Virus record (IMG/VR): IMGVR_UViG_3300021373_000362
Coordinates: 1-58,318 of that record
DNA: 58,318 nt
From: a virus
Lineage: Duplodnaviria; Caudoviricetes
Reading direction: 5' to 3' (one strand)
Below, in pieces: positions 1 through 8,075 of the stretch. The position numbers were made by a program, and so were the translations under genes. Numbering within the stretch: position 1 is the stretch's first letter; each line of letters starts with the position of its first letter. The notes under the pieces are model-generated. The model had not been told where the DNA came from. It searched no databases and saw nothing but the letters and a program-made list of their open reading frames with translations.

Positions 1-150
1 TCGATGCCGATTGGCTAGCAATAGAGCAGGGCACGTTTGGAAACCGCCAACATGCAATCCACGGCCTTGATCCTTTTTAATTCCCCCTTGCAATCCTTGC
101 CCCGCTCCGGCGGGGCTTTTTTTTCGTCCGAGAAAAATCGCCTGATACCA
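1..150. repeat. Terminal redundancy / circular overlap, left copy
   Basis: Identical to 58169-58318 except T127 vs C58295; implies a complete unit genome of 58168 bp. Confidence 0.97.
99..124 (+). terminator. Rho-independent terminator after the 57.1-58.25 kb small-gene operon
   Basis: GCCCCGC-TCCG-GCGGGGC followed by T8; duplicated at 58267-58292. Confidence 0.9.
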
Positions 151-327
151 GTTCCAGCCTCCGCGTTGCGCCTCGCTTCATGCCTCGTTTTGCGGGGCGG
201 GTTGATACCAGTTGTGGCTGCCGCGTTGCGGGTCGCACAGCGTGGCACGTTAGCGTGTGGCCAGTGTGATTTGTTATAACACGTGTTATAACTTTTTGTT
301 GATACCAGTTGTGGCTATCGCGTTGCG
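143..327 (+). repeat. Three direct repeats TGATACCAGTT-N8-CGCGTTGCG
   Basis: Copies at 143-170, 203-230 and 300-327. Confidence 0.9.
270..299 (-). promoter_or_regulatory. GTTATAAC-N4-GTTATAAC element, inverted copy
   Basis: Reverse complement ACAAAAAGTTATAACACGTGTTATAACAAA matches 840-869 at 29/30; core palindrome 273-292. Confidence 0.8.
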
Positions 328-356
328 CCTCTGCGCACGTTTACGCACGTTTACAC

Positions 357-720
357 AATGTACCAAAATTTGGCCTAATGTTCCGCAAATGTTCCTGTAA
401 TGTTCCAAAATAAAAGGGCAAAAAGGTACATTATATTTTCGTGGCTAAACGTGACACATGGTTGTAGGGCATACGCAGGAGTGACATAGGCAAAGTATCG
501 GGAAGTGCCTATTTATTTATTTTTATTATATAGTAATTGTAATGTTCCGTTTTGAAAATATAGTATACGGGGTGTACGGATTTGACCTAATGTTCCCTCT
601 CGCTTTTCCCAAAAAATATTCACTCATATTTCTACTGAAAACAGAACATTGGAACATTGTAAGGATATCAATGACTTAGCGACCTACACTACAGAACAAT
701 ACAGAACAATACAGAACATT
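357..720. repeat. Iteron-like AATGTTCC / GAACATT cluster around an AT-rich tract (putative origin or packaging region)
   Basis: AATGT(T/A)CC at 357, 377, 388, 399, 541, 589; inverted copies at 425, 643, 651; ACAGAACA(A/T)T x3 at 691-720; AT-rich 510-560. Confidence 0.7.
666..678 (+). promoter_or_regulatory. IHF binding site
   Basis: TATCAATGACTTA is an exact match to the WATCAANNNNTTR consensus. Confidence 0.6.
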
Positions 721-757
721 ACACCGTTACACACCAAACAACACGTTTGTCCATCAT

Positions 758-785
758 TTGACATAAGCCGCTATTCCTGTATAAT
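758..785 (+). promoter_or_regulatory. Sigma70 early promoter
   Basis: TTGACA-16 bp-TATAAT, both hexamers perfect consensus, upstream of the early operon. Confidence 0.85.
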
Positions 786-839
786 GGTTTTAGTAGGTCG
801 AGTTATGGCCTACGGGGCGACACAGCTAAACGTGTCAAC

Positions 840-893
840 ACAAAAAGTTATAACACATGTTATAACAAACCAATCGGAGCAATACAGTTATGA
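840..893 (+). repeat. 54-bp direct repeat (double palindrome + RBS + ATG), copy 1
   Basis: ACAAAAAGTTATAACACATGTTATAACAAACCAATCGGAGCAATACAGTTATGA, identical to 1071-1124. Confidence 0.95.
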
Positions 894-1084
894 GCGAAGC
901 ACTGAGGCACGCGGAGATTCACCACCAGAGCAAGGTGCGTGAGATAGTTGGTAAGCAGACCCGCGAGTTGAAAGAGATGTCCCTTGTACTTAAAAGTGCA
1001 GTCGTTGCATTGCACAAGGGCAAAGCAGATGTTGTAGACGCGCTATTGGAGCAGGTCATATACGACATAAACAAAAAGTTATAA
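890..1084 (+). CDS. Hypothetical early protein (64 aa)
   Basis: GGAG RBS in the repeat; its stop codon is supplied by the next repeat copy. Confidence 0.8.
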   Translation: MSEALRHAEIHHQSKVREIVGKQTRELKEMSLVLKSAVVALHKGKADVVDALLEQVIYDINKKL

Positions 1085-1124
1085 CACATGTTATAACAAA
1101 CCAATCGGAGCAATACAGTTATGA
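1071..1124 (+). repeat. 54-bp direct repeat, copy 2
   Basis: Identical to 840-893. Confidence 0.95.
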
Positions 1125-2032
1125 ACAATCTAAATCAAATGGCAGTAACAACAGCACCACAGGCAAGCGCACCATCAATCGGATCGAGTGCCATGTTGGG
1201 CGAGTTGAAGATCAGTTGTTGGACTGGGCGCAAGAAAGACAAGTCAGCGTCCGCATCGGTGACTAACCAGAACCGTGCCGATAACGGTACGGCATCAGTC
1301 AATAAGAAGTTACTAGGTAACTGCGACGAGTTGACCGCCATACAGAAATTCGTGGCCAACGCACGCAACATCCACTACAGCATGACAATGCCGTGGAGCG
1401 ATCTGGGTATGCGACTGCTACCGACCGCGCAGTACTTCAAGTACCACCAACAGATGACCGAGTTGCAAAGCGAGTTCGAGCGCATGGTCGATACGTTCTG
1501 TAACAACTACACGTGGGAGGTGAGCAGGGCACAGGCACGGATCGGTAGTTTGTTTCGAGCCGATGACTACCCGACCGAGGCGTCGATACGTAGCAAGTTC
1601 GCGTTCAACATCTCGTACATACCGCTCCCCGAGGCCGGTGACTTTCGTGTGGACGTGGGCAACGAGCAACGTGACGTGTTGGAGTCACACTATAACGAGT
1701 ACTATCGCAAGCAGTTGGATTCCGCGATGGGTGACGTGTGGGATCGTACGTACAAGGCACTGTCTAACATGTCCGAGCGACTAGACTACGGGGGCGACGA
1801 CAAGAAGAAAGTATTCCGCGACTCGCTAGTGGAGAACGTGCTCGACATGGTAGAACTGCTTAACGTGTGTAACGTATCAGGTGACAGCCAGATGTCCGAG
1901 ATGGCGCGTAAGCTAGACGATACGCTACGCGGGGTCACTCCCGATGGGTTGCGCAACAACGAGTCTTTCCGTGCCGAAACCAAACGGGCAGTGGACGATG
2001 CCATCAAGTCACTACCATCGTTGGGGATGTGA
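1121..2032 (+). CDS. Conserved-type phage early protein (DUF3150-like), associated with the AAA/VWA module
   Basis: 303-aa helical ORF with RBS; family assignment from recollection and gene context. Confidence 0.6.
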   Translation: MNNLNQMAVTTAPQASAPSIGSSAMLGELKISCWTGRKKDKSASASVTNQNRADNGTASVNKKLLGNCDELTAIQKFVANARNIHYSMTMPWSDLGMRLLPTAQYFKYHQQMTELQSEFERMVDTFCNNYTWEVSRAQARIGSLFRADDYPTEASIRSKFAFNISYIPLPEAGDFRVDVGNEQRDVLESHYNEYYRKQLDSAMGDVWDRTYKALSNMSERLDYGGDDKKKVFRDSLVENVLDMVELLNVCNVSGDSQMSEMARKLDDTLRGVTPDGLRNNESFRAETKRAVDDAIKSLPSLGM

Positions 2033-2033
2033 T

Positions 2034-2222
2034 ATGTATTACGTTGAAGCCTATGACTCAAACGACCGTCAGATACTGGGAAACCTTGACGGGCAAGCGG
2101 TGCTACGTGTGCGCAACTACAAGCGCACCAAGCACTACAAGAACCTACGCACGCTACGTACGCACCGCGTGTCGTATTACAAAATCGTGGCCGTTGATGG
2201 CCGCATTGTTGAAACGCTGTAA
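2034..2222 (+). CDS. Hypothetical protein (62 aa, MYYVEAYDSN...)
   Basis: In-frame ATG of track ORF 1944..2222 just after the previous stop; GGGGA upstream. Confidence 0.7.
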   Translation: MYYVEAYDSNDRQILGNLDGQAVLRVRNYKRTKHYKNLRTLRTHRVSYYKIVAVDGRIVETL

Positions 2223-2229
2223 CTAAACT

Positions 2230-2279
2230 AAAAGTTATAACCTGTGTTATAACAAAACAATTGGAGCAATACTATTATG
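2230..2279 (+). promoter_or_regulatory. GTTATAAC-N4-GTTATAAC element + RBS, copy 3
   Basis: AAAAGTTATAACCTGTGTTATAACAAAACAATTGGAGCAATACTATTATG. Confidence 0.85.
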
Positions 2280-3347
2280 AACACACAAGCTATGTACGCA
2301 TTATCGCTAGACCAAATCGCCAACGCTATCGCTACTGTTGGCCACCAACGCACCATACTCGTACAGGGTCACATGGGTAACGGTAAGTCATCACTGCTTA
2401 ATACGTTAGCAGATAGATTCCCTACCCACACGCCATGCTACTTCGACTGTACGACCAAGGACTTGGGTGATCTGAGCATACCATCACTCAATACCGAGCA
2501 AGGGTACGTGACATACCTACCCAATGAGGAGTTGGGGTTGCATCTCGACAAGCCGGTCATACTAATGATCGACGAGTACGGCAAGGCGAATCCATCAGTC
2601 AAGAACGCGTTACTGCGTGACATGTTGGAGCGCAACCGATTCCCCGACGGCAGTATCATATTCGCTACGACCAACCTAGGCGCAGAGGGTGTGGGCGATC
2701 TGCTACCACCACACGCACGCAATCGCATCACAGTGGTCACAGCACGCAAGTCTACCAGTGACGAGTTTATCGACTGGGGTATCAGCAACGGTGTCGATCA
2801 CAGTGTGCTCGGTTTCGTGCGCGAGTTCCCGCAGGTGTTGCAAGGATTCGAGGACGTGAAGAACCCCGATGACAACCCGTACATCTTCCATCCCAAACAA
2901 CAGCGTGCCGCGTTTATCACCCCAAGATCATTGGAGGCCGCGAGTGACGTGCTCAAGTTACGCGATCAGTATGACGATCACACCCTAACAGCTTTACTTA
3001 TGGGTACTATCGGCGATCGTGGTGCTATGGATATGATGGCGTTTGTGAAGTTGGCCGACCAACTACCGAGTCTACAGTCTATCAAGGACGATCCGCTCAA
3101 TGCCAAAGTACCCGAGTCAGCGTCAGCCGTGTGCATGACAGTGTTCCGTGCTATGGGCGCGATGCAACGCGACTGGGTAGATGCGTGGGTGACGTACATG
3201 CAACGTCTCGACAAGGAGGCGCAAGGTCTGTTCGCCAATGGCATACGTGCTAACTCGTATGCGCACCGCGATGTTGTGATGCAGAGTAAGATGTTCACCG
3301 AGTGGGCTATGCAGAACAACTACATGTTTGCAAGTGACAAGGTATAG
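2277..3347 (+). CDS. MoxR-like AAA+ ATPase
   Basis: Walker A GHMGNGKS, Walker B ILMIDE, sensor ATTN, ARNR arginine finger, TPRS motif. Confidence 0.85.
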   Translation: MNTQAMYALSLDQIANAIATVGHQRTILVQGHMGNGKSSLLNTLADRFPTHTPCYFDCTTKDLGDLSIPSLNTEQGYVTYLPNEELGLHLDKPVILMIDEYGKANPSVKNALLRDMLERNRFPDGSIIFATTNLGAEGVGDLLPPHARNRITVVTARKSTSDEFIDWGISNGVDHSVLGFVREFPQVLQGFEDVKNPDDNPYIFHPKQQRAAFITPRSLEAASDVLKLRDQYDDHTLTALLMGTIGDRGAMDMMAFVKLADQLPSLQSIKDDPLNAKVPESASAVCMTVFRAMGAMQRDWVDAWVTYMQRLDKEAQGLFANGIRANSYAHRDVVMQSKMFTEWAMQNNYMFASDKV

Positions 3348-3357
3348 GAGAGGGATT

Positions 3358-4620
3358 ATGTTGACTATAGGTAAACAACTTACTGCGGAGGAGCGACTGT
3401 CTAAGGCAGTCGTTGCCATCATGGGACACCCGAGATACACAGCACTAGCAGGTGTGTTGATGATCGGGGAGAAAACTATCGAGGACGACATACCGACAGC
3501 GTGTACCAACGGGCGTGATGTGAAGTACGGACGTGCATTCGTTGACGGACTGACCGATGCCCAATTGCGTGGGCTAGTACTGCACGAGGACGAGGGGCAC
3601 AAGCTACACCGTCACCTTGAGATATGGAAGTGGATGTATGACATTGACCCACACCTAGCTAACTGCGCGTGTGACTACGTTATCAACATCAAGATCGTCG
3701 ATGACAACAAGGAAGATGGGTTCGCCGAACTACCCGAGGGTGGGTTAGTCGATGAGCGGTTCCGTGGTATGGACAGCGCACAGGTGTTCAACATCCTACG
3801 CAAGGAGCAGGAGGAGCAGGAGGAGCAGTCGCAAAACGATCAGGGTGATGGCTCACAGGGTAACGAGTCAGGAGGTGATGGTGAACCTTCCAGCTCCCCG
3901 GGGGGCGATGGCGCAGGATTCGATGAGCATGACTGGGAGGGTGCGCAGTCTCTATCCGACGAGGACAAGCGTGAGTTGGCGCGTGACATTGACGAGGCTA
4001 TCCGTCAGGGTGCCATGGCCGCAGGCAAGATGGGTGGTACAGGCAACCGCGATCTCGACGAGTTACTACAGCCACAGGTTGATTGGCGTGAGGTGCTACG
4101 TGAGTTCATTCAGAATACGTGTGCAGGTAACGACTACTCTACATACGCCCGACCCAATCGCAGGTTGATGAGTCAGGGTATCATCATGCCTAGCGGTATC
4201 AGTGAGCAGGTGGGTGAGTTGGTCATTGCCATTGACACGTCAGGCTCTGTCGGACAACAAGAGTTGACAGCGTTTCTGTCTGAGGTCAAGGGTGTGTGCG
4301 ACACAGTCAAACCTGACAAGCTACGCCTACTGTACTGGGGTAGCAATGTTGTGGGTGACGAGGCATACGACATGCACGAGTTAGACAATCTGGTCAAGTC
4401 TACCAAGCCTATGGGTGGTGGTGGTACCGATGTCAACTGCGTTACGCAGTACATGACCGACGAGGGTATCAAGCCTCAAGCGTGTATCGTTCTGACCGAT
4501 GGCCACTTGTACTCTGGTTGGGGTGACTGGACTTGCCCTGTACTCTGGGCGATACTGGATAACAGAGACGCCGTGCCCGATGAGGGTAAGGCAGTACACA
4601 TCAAATCGAGGGACATGTAA
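3358..4620 (+). CDS. Metallopeptidase-like + VWA domain protein (DUF2201-like)
   Basis: PTACTNG, LHEDEGH, acidic linker, MIDAS DTSGS...GGGT...LTDG; start moved to the ATG after AGGAGAGGG. Confidence 0.85.
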   Translation: MLTIGKQLTAEERLSKAVVAIMGHPRYTALAGVLMIGEKTIEDDIPTACTNGRDVKYGRAFVDGLTDAQLRGLVLHEDEGHKLHRHLEIWKWMYDIDPHLANCACDYVINIKIVDDNKEDGFAELPEGGLVDERFRGMDSAQVFNILRKEQEEQEEQSQNDQGDGSQGNESGGDGEPSSSPGGDGAGFDEHDWEGAQSLSDEDKRELARDIDEAIRQGAMAAGKMGGTGNRDLDELLQPQVDWREVLREFIQNTCAGNDYSTYARPNRRLMSQGIIMPSGISEQVGELVIAIDTSGSVGQQELTAFLSEVKGVCDTVKPDKLRLLYWGSNVVGDEAYDMHELDNLVKSTKPMGGGGTDVNCVTQYMTDEGIKPQACIVLTDGHLYSGWGDWTCPVLWAILDNRDAVPDEGKAVHIKSRDM

Positions 4621-4907
4621 TGGCGGCACGACTGATACAGTTTGTAGGTTCACACCCTGACTTGGTTACAGGACATATGTATACCGCGAGGGACTACGCG
4701 AAGGTTGCGAACATCAAACCAAGTTCTATGGCTACTAGGCTACATAGGGTGTTCGAGGTGCATGAATCACATCTGCGTCCTATGCACCAAAACTATGACT
4801 ACGAGGGCAAGGCTATCAACAGGTCAGCAGATCGCCCGTTGAAGAGTTCTTTCGAGACATATGCAGAGAAGTTATCAGGTGAATGGTTAAACAGGAGATT
4901 GGTATGA
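4620..4907 (+). CDS. Hypothetical protein, possible HTH DNA-binding
   Basis: TAATG coupling; YTARDYAKVANIKPSSMATRL resembles a helix-turn-helix. Confidence 0.55.
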   Translation: MAARLIQFVGSHPDLVTGHMYTARDYAKVANIKPSSMATRLHRVFEVHESHLRPMHQNYDYEGKAINRSADRPLKSSFETYAEKLSGEWLNRRLV

Positions 4908-5116
4908 GTGATACTAAATACGGGGAAGCATCGACAGATTGCCTCCGATCAACTGCGGATGAATTACGTATGGAGTGGGCAGAGGCTGTCAACACTGTGG
5001 ACGAGGCATTGGAGTTCTACTATGACCACGTTAGGGATACACCAGTGGACAGTGACTATGACCGCAATGACGTGGGGACAGTGCAACGTGCGTGGCAACG
5101 CGTACAACAGGGGTAA
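4904..5116 (+). CDS. Hypothetical protein (70 aa)
   Basis: AGGAG RBS, ATGA overlap. Confidence 0.75.
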   Translation: MSDTKYGEASTDCLRSTADELRMEWAEAVNTVDEALEFYYDHVRDTPVDSDYDRNDVGTVQRAWQRVQQG

Positions 5117-5119
5117 GTT

Positions 5120-5239
5120 ATGGACTATAGAAAGAGAGAAAGTACCATCTATAAGGTGTTCACTGTAGGCGTAATAATAGCCTACTTTATGGTAAGCGAA
5201 ATAGCCTACGTGGAGTGTATGACCCTAGGCATATGTTAA
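5120..5239 (+). CDS. Small membrane protein (39 aa), not in the ORF track
   Basis: MDYRKRESTIYKVFTVGVIIAYFMVSEIAYVECMTLGIC; AGGGG upstream; fills the gap. Confidence 0.6.
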   Translation: MDYRKRESTIYKVFTVGVIIAYFMVSEIAYVECMTLGIC

Positions 5240-5245
5240 TTAACT

Positions 5246-5293
5246 AAAAGTTATAACACGTGTTATAACAAAACAACTCGGAGCAATATTATG
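5246..5293 (+). promoter_or_regulatory. GTTATAAC-N4-GTTATAAC element + RBS, copy 4
   Basis: AAAAGTTATAACACGTGTTATAACAAAACAACTCGGAGCAATATTATG. Confidence 0.85.
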
Positions 5294-6160
5294 GCTATGT
5301 ATAATTATGGGCTAGACAGTTTCACGCACGTGGAGCATTTGTATAACAACACCAAACCAATCAGGGGTAGCAACATAGTACCGTTGGGTGACCGTAGACG
5401 TAAGTGGGAGTGCATCATCAAGGTGTCCCCACACCAGTACGTGTTATCAGATTACGGGGAGCATCAGCAACATGCCACTGCCGCAGTGGTCTGGACTCGC
5501 AATGCCGATGGCACTGACACAGTAGAATTTAACAATGAGTCAGGTAACTATGCACACAATAGCAGGTATTCTTTCCTAGAAAGATGTATGCCTTATGATA
5601 TGAGGTTTACCGTAGAAAGTGGCAAGCAGTACGTGCGTTATGATGGCAACCGCTACTACCTACCCAAGGAGCAAAACAAACCTGTAGTGTTTACCAGTGC
5701 TAAACAGAATCCGGTCTCTGACTACCGGCATAGTACGGTATGGACACTTACCAGTGACGTACACCCCGTGCCTGTCACACGTGTACGTGTTAACAAAGAA
5801 GCCAAGGCACCGTATAAGAAAGCTATCGACGAGTACCTGCATTGGTCGTGGACTATGGCTCCAATACTCGAGGGCACTATGAGTTGGGAGACAGATGGCA
5901 AGGTACTTAGAGAAGCGGCTTACATGGGGCATGGAGAGTTCTGTGACATGTTGGAAGACGAGCAACACGAGAAACGTACGACGATGTTGCACGCGTTCCT
6001 TATCCAGTTATCTCGCACGTTAGGTAATAGGAGTTGGGCACAGGAGGCGTATGTCCCGCTAACAAGTGACCCTAAGAAGTTCCGTAGTAAGTTTAACTCG
6101 TGGGTGAACAATATGGGTGGGTTCAATGACCAGTTTGAAGAATTAAGGGGAGGGAAATAA
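5291..6160 (+). CDS. Hypothetical protein (289 aa)
   Basis: Long ORF with RBS in the repeat element. Confidence 0.85.
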   Translation: MAMYNYGLDSFTHVEHLYNNTKPIRGSNIVPLGDRRRKWECIIKVSPHQYVLSDYGEHQQHATAAVVWTRNADGTDTVEFNNESGNYAHNSRYSFLERCMPYDMRFTVESGKQYVRYDGNRYYLPKEQNKPVVFTSAKQNPVSDYRHSTVWTLTSDVHPVPVTRVRVNKEAKAPYKKAIDEYLHWSWTMAPILEGTMSWETDGKVLREAAYMGHGEFCDMLEDEQHEKRTTMLHAFLIQLSRTLGNRSWAQEAYVPLTSDPKKFRSKFNSWVNNMGGFNDQFEELRGGK

Positions 6161-6161
6161 C

Positions 6162-7088
6162 ATGTCAATGTATGCTTATGACGACGAAGGTAAGTTTGTT
6201 ATACACAGTGTCGAGGACGCTTCGCAGTGTCCGAGTGCAAGTGATGGGGATGGTAGCGAGTACCGTACGGAAGTTCTATGGTTCGCAGATGCAGTGCGTA
6301 AGGCATTTAGGGGTTGTGAGGTACGTCCTGATAGTTACAGACATGGCGATCCAATGTTTCACGTTTTCATGCCAGAAGATTTATTTACGATGGGGTGGAT
6401 AACTGTAACCTTCAACCATGATAAAGAGGCTCTGGAGTACATAGTATATAGTAGGGACATCACCAATAACAAATATACAAATTACTCCATAGAGTTCCGT
6501 TGTAAGGTTACTACTAGGAAAGATGTCGCTATCAGAAATGCTAAGAAGTACCTACGTAGGTTTTCACCTGTAGAGGTGATAAATGGCACAGTAAGAAAAT
6601 GTGAACGCGCCATAACCGATAAGTATGGGGACTACGTGATGGCATTGGATAACAAGTGGCGTAGTCTGTTCCATGCCGATTGGAACGATTCCAGAGAGGC
6701 ATCTTGTAAGGCCATGCTATCCGAGATGTACATGCTTATGGACTCGGGGCATGAGTTTATGGACAAGGAGTTACCGGAAAAGCTGACACAATTACGTGAT
6801 GCTAAGGCAGAGAAAGAGCAGGCATATAAGGATAAGAAACTGCCTATGTATTCGGTACGTGTGTACGAGAGGTTAGGTAAGCAAGCGTTCGATGTATGCG
6901 CTATACCCGATATAGGGGACACTCATTCACACAGGTTCAAGGATAACTTTGAGAGTTTTACTTATTACGAAGATTTGCCTGAAGATATACTCGGTAAACT
7001 GTCCACGTTGTCAATATGTGACATAGACACTTATGTACCAAGGGTAGGTTATCGCTATAGCGAAGGCATGTTCTATGTCACGCAGTGA
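6162..7088 (+). CDS. Hypothetical protein (308 aa)
   Basis: Long ORF, GGGAGG RBS. Confidence 0.85.
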   Translation: MSMYAYDDEGKFVIHSVEDASQCPSASDGDGSEYRTEVLWFADAVRKAFRGCEVRPDSYRHGDPMFHVFMPEDLFTMGWITVTFNHDKEALEYIVYSRDITNNKYTNYSIEFRCKVTTRKDVAIRNAKKYLRRFSPVEVINGTVRKCERAITDKYGDYVMALDNKWRSLFHADWNDSREASCKAMLSEMYMLMDSGHEFMDKELPEKLTQLRDAKAEKEQAYKDKKLPMYSVRVYERLGKQAFDVCAIPDIGDTHSHRFKDNFESFTYYEDLPEDILGKLSTLSICDIDTYVPRVGYRYSEGMFYVTQ

Positions 7089-7353
7089 CACGATATGGGA
7101 CGATCCGACAGATATGCCTAACGCCTATCGCGTTTCTACGCTGGGATACACCAACAGTATCGAGGTAACGTGTTTAGGTATGAATTGTGTTGACGCGGAG
7201 TGCGAGGGGTTATATGATCTTGATGGAGATGTACCGAAGTGGCTTGAAGAGAGGCTTTCGGTTCTCCTGTTATGTGACCCTACGCCGCCCACTGAACCTG
7301 TAGAGGGTATTGGTAGGCGTATAGATGAACACACGTTTTGGGTATTTAAATAG
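7075..7353 (+). CDS. Hypothetical protein (92 aa)
   Basis: Overlaps the previous stop; operon context. Confidence 0.75.
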   Translation: MSRSDTIWDDPTDMPNAYRVSTLGYTNSIEVTCLGMNCVDAECEGLYDLDGDVPKWLEERLSVLLLCDPTPPTEPVEGIGRRIDEHTFWVFK

Positions 7354-7381
7354 ATATTTAATTACATATTAGGATGTATAT

Positions 7382-7756
7382 ATGAAACTTAAAATTGCAG
7401 TAATGTTAATTATGGCTTGCGCTTACTCGGCTCAGAGTCATGCCGCGTGTACCTACAAGAAAGATGCTTGGGGTAACACTAAGTACCATTGCGACAGTGG
7501 GCAGAGTGGTACGTTACGTACCGATGCTTGGGGTAATACCCGCGACTCTGGTACTGGGCTTACATACAGAAAGGATGCATGGGGTAACACCCGTAGTAGT
7601 GATGGTACTACTTACCGTACCGATGCGTGGGGCAACCTGCGGGGTAGTGATGGTACTACCGCAAGGAAAGATGCTTGGGGTAACACGATCATAACCAACG
7701 GTAGCACTACAACTAAATGCCGCACTAATGCTTGGGGCAACGTAGTTTGTAACTGA
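7382..7756 (+). CDS. Secreted repeat protein with six (D/N)AWGN units
   Basis: Signal peptide ending SHA; six (D/N)AWGN repeats; four Cys in the mature part. Confidence 0.8.
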   Translation: MKLKIAVMLIMACAYSAQSHAACTYKKDAWGNTKYHCDSGQSGTLRTDAWGNTRDSGTGLTYRKDAWGNTRSSDGTTYRTDAWGNLRGSDGTTARKDAWGNTIITNGSTTTKCRTNAWGNVVCN

Positions 7757-7786
7757 TACCAGTTCTCGACTAAAAAGGGGGCACTT

Positions 7787-8074
7787 ATGGCGATGACGCC
7801 AGAAGGTAAGGTTAAGAAGAAGGTCGTTGAGCAACTGAAAGCGTTAGGGTGTTATTACTTTTTCCCTGCTACTGGGGGGTATGGTAAGAGCGGAGTACCT
7901 GACATAGTAGGTTGCTATAACGGGAAGTTCTTTGGGATCGAATGTAAAGCGGGTAAGAACACACCAACAGCTTTACAGGAGAAGAATCTCAGAGAGATAA
8001 GCGAAGCGTACGGAATTGCGTGCGTAGTTAATGAAACCAACATGAACGATATTAGACAAATCCTCGGAGGATAG
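7787..8074 (+). CDS. VRR-NUC / Holliday-junction-resolvase-like nuclease
   Basis: PEGKVK...GVPDIVGC...FFGIECKAG...PTALQ. Confidence 0.85.
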   Translation: MAMTPEGKVKKKVVEQLKALGCYYFFPATGGYGKSGVPDIVGCYNGKFFGIECKAGKNTPTALQEKNLREISEAYGIACVVNETNMNDIRQILGG

Positions 8075-8075
8075 T

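Noticed and set aside
143-327. Mini CRISPR array (28-bp unit + 32-bp gap resembles type I-F spacing)
   Set aside because: Units are degenerate in the middle, the second gap is 69 bp, the sequence is unlike CRISPR repeats I know, and there is no cas operon
847-866. GTTATAAC element as a Zur box, dif site or loxP-like site
   Set aside because: The Zur box is TGTTATA-N-TATAACA, with different spacing; dif and lox have 6-8 bp spacers and longer, different arms; no tyrosine recombinase was recognised
649-942. ORF 649..942 and other short ORFs within 15..279
   Set aside because: They run through repeats, promoter and terminator, and lack an RBS; probably non-coding
2029-2226. 65-aa ORF MICITLKP...
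   Set aside because: The alternative frame 2034..2222 has an ATG, an RBS and more protein-like composition
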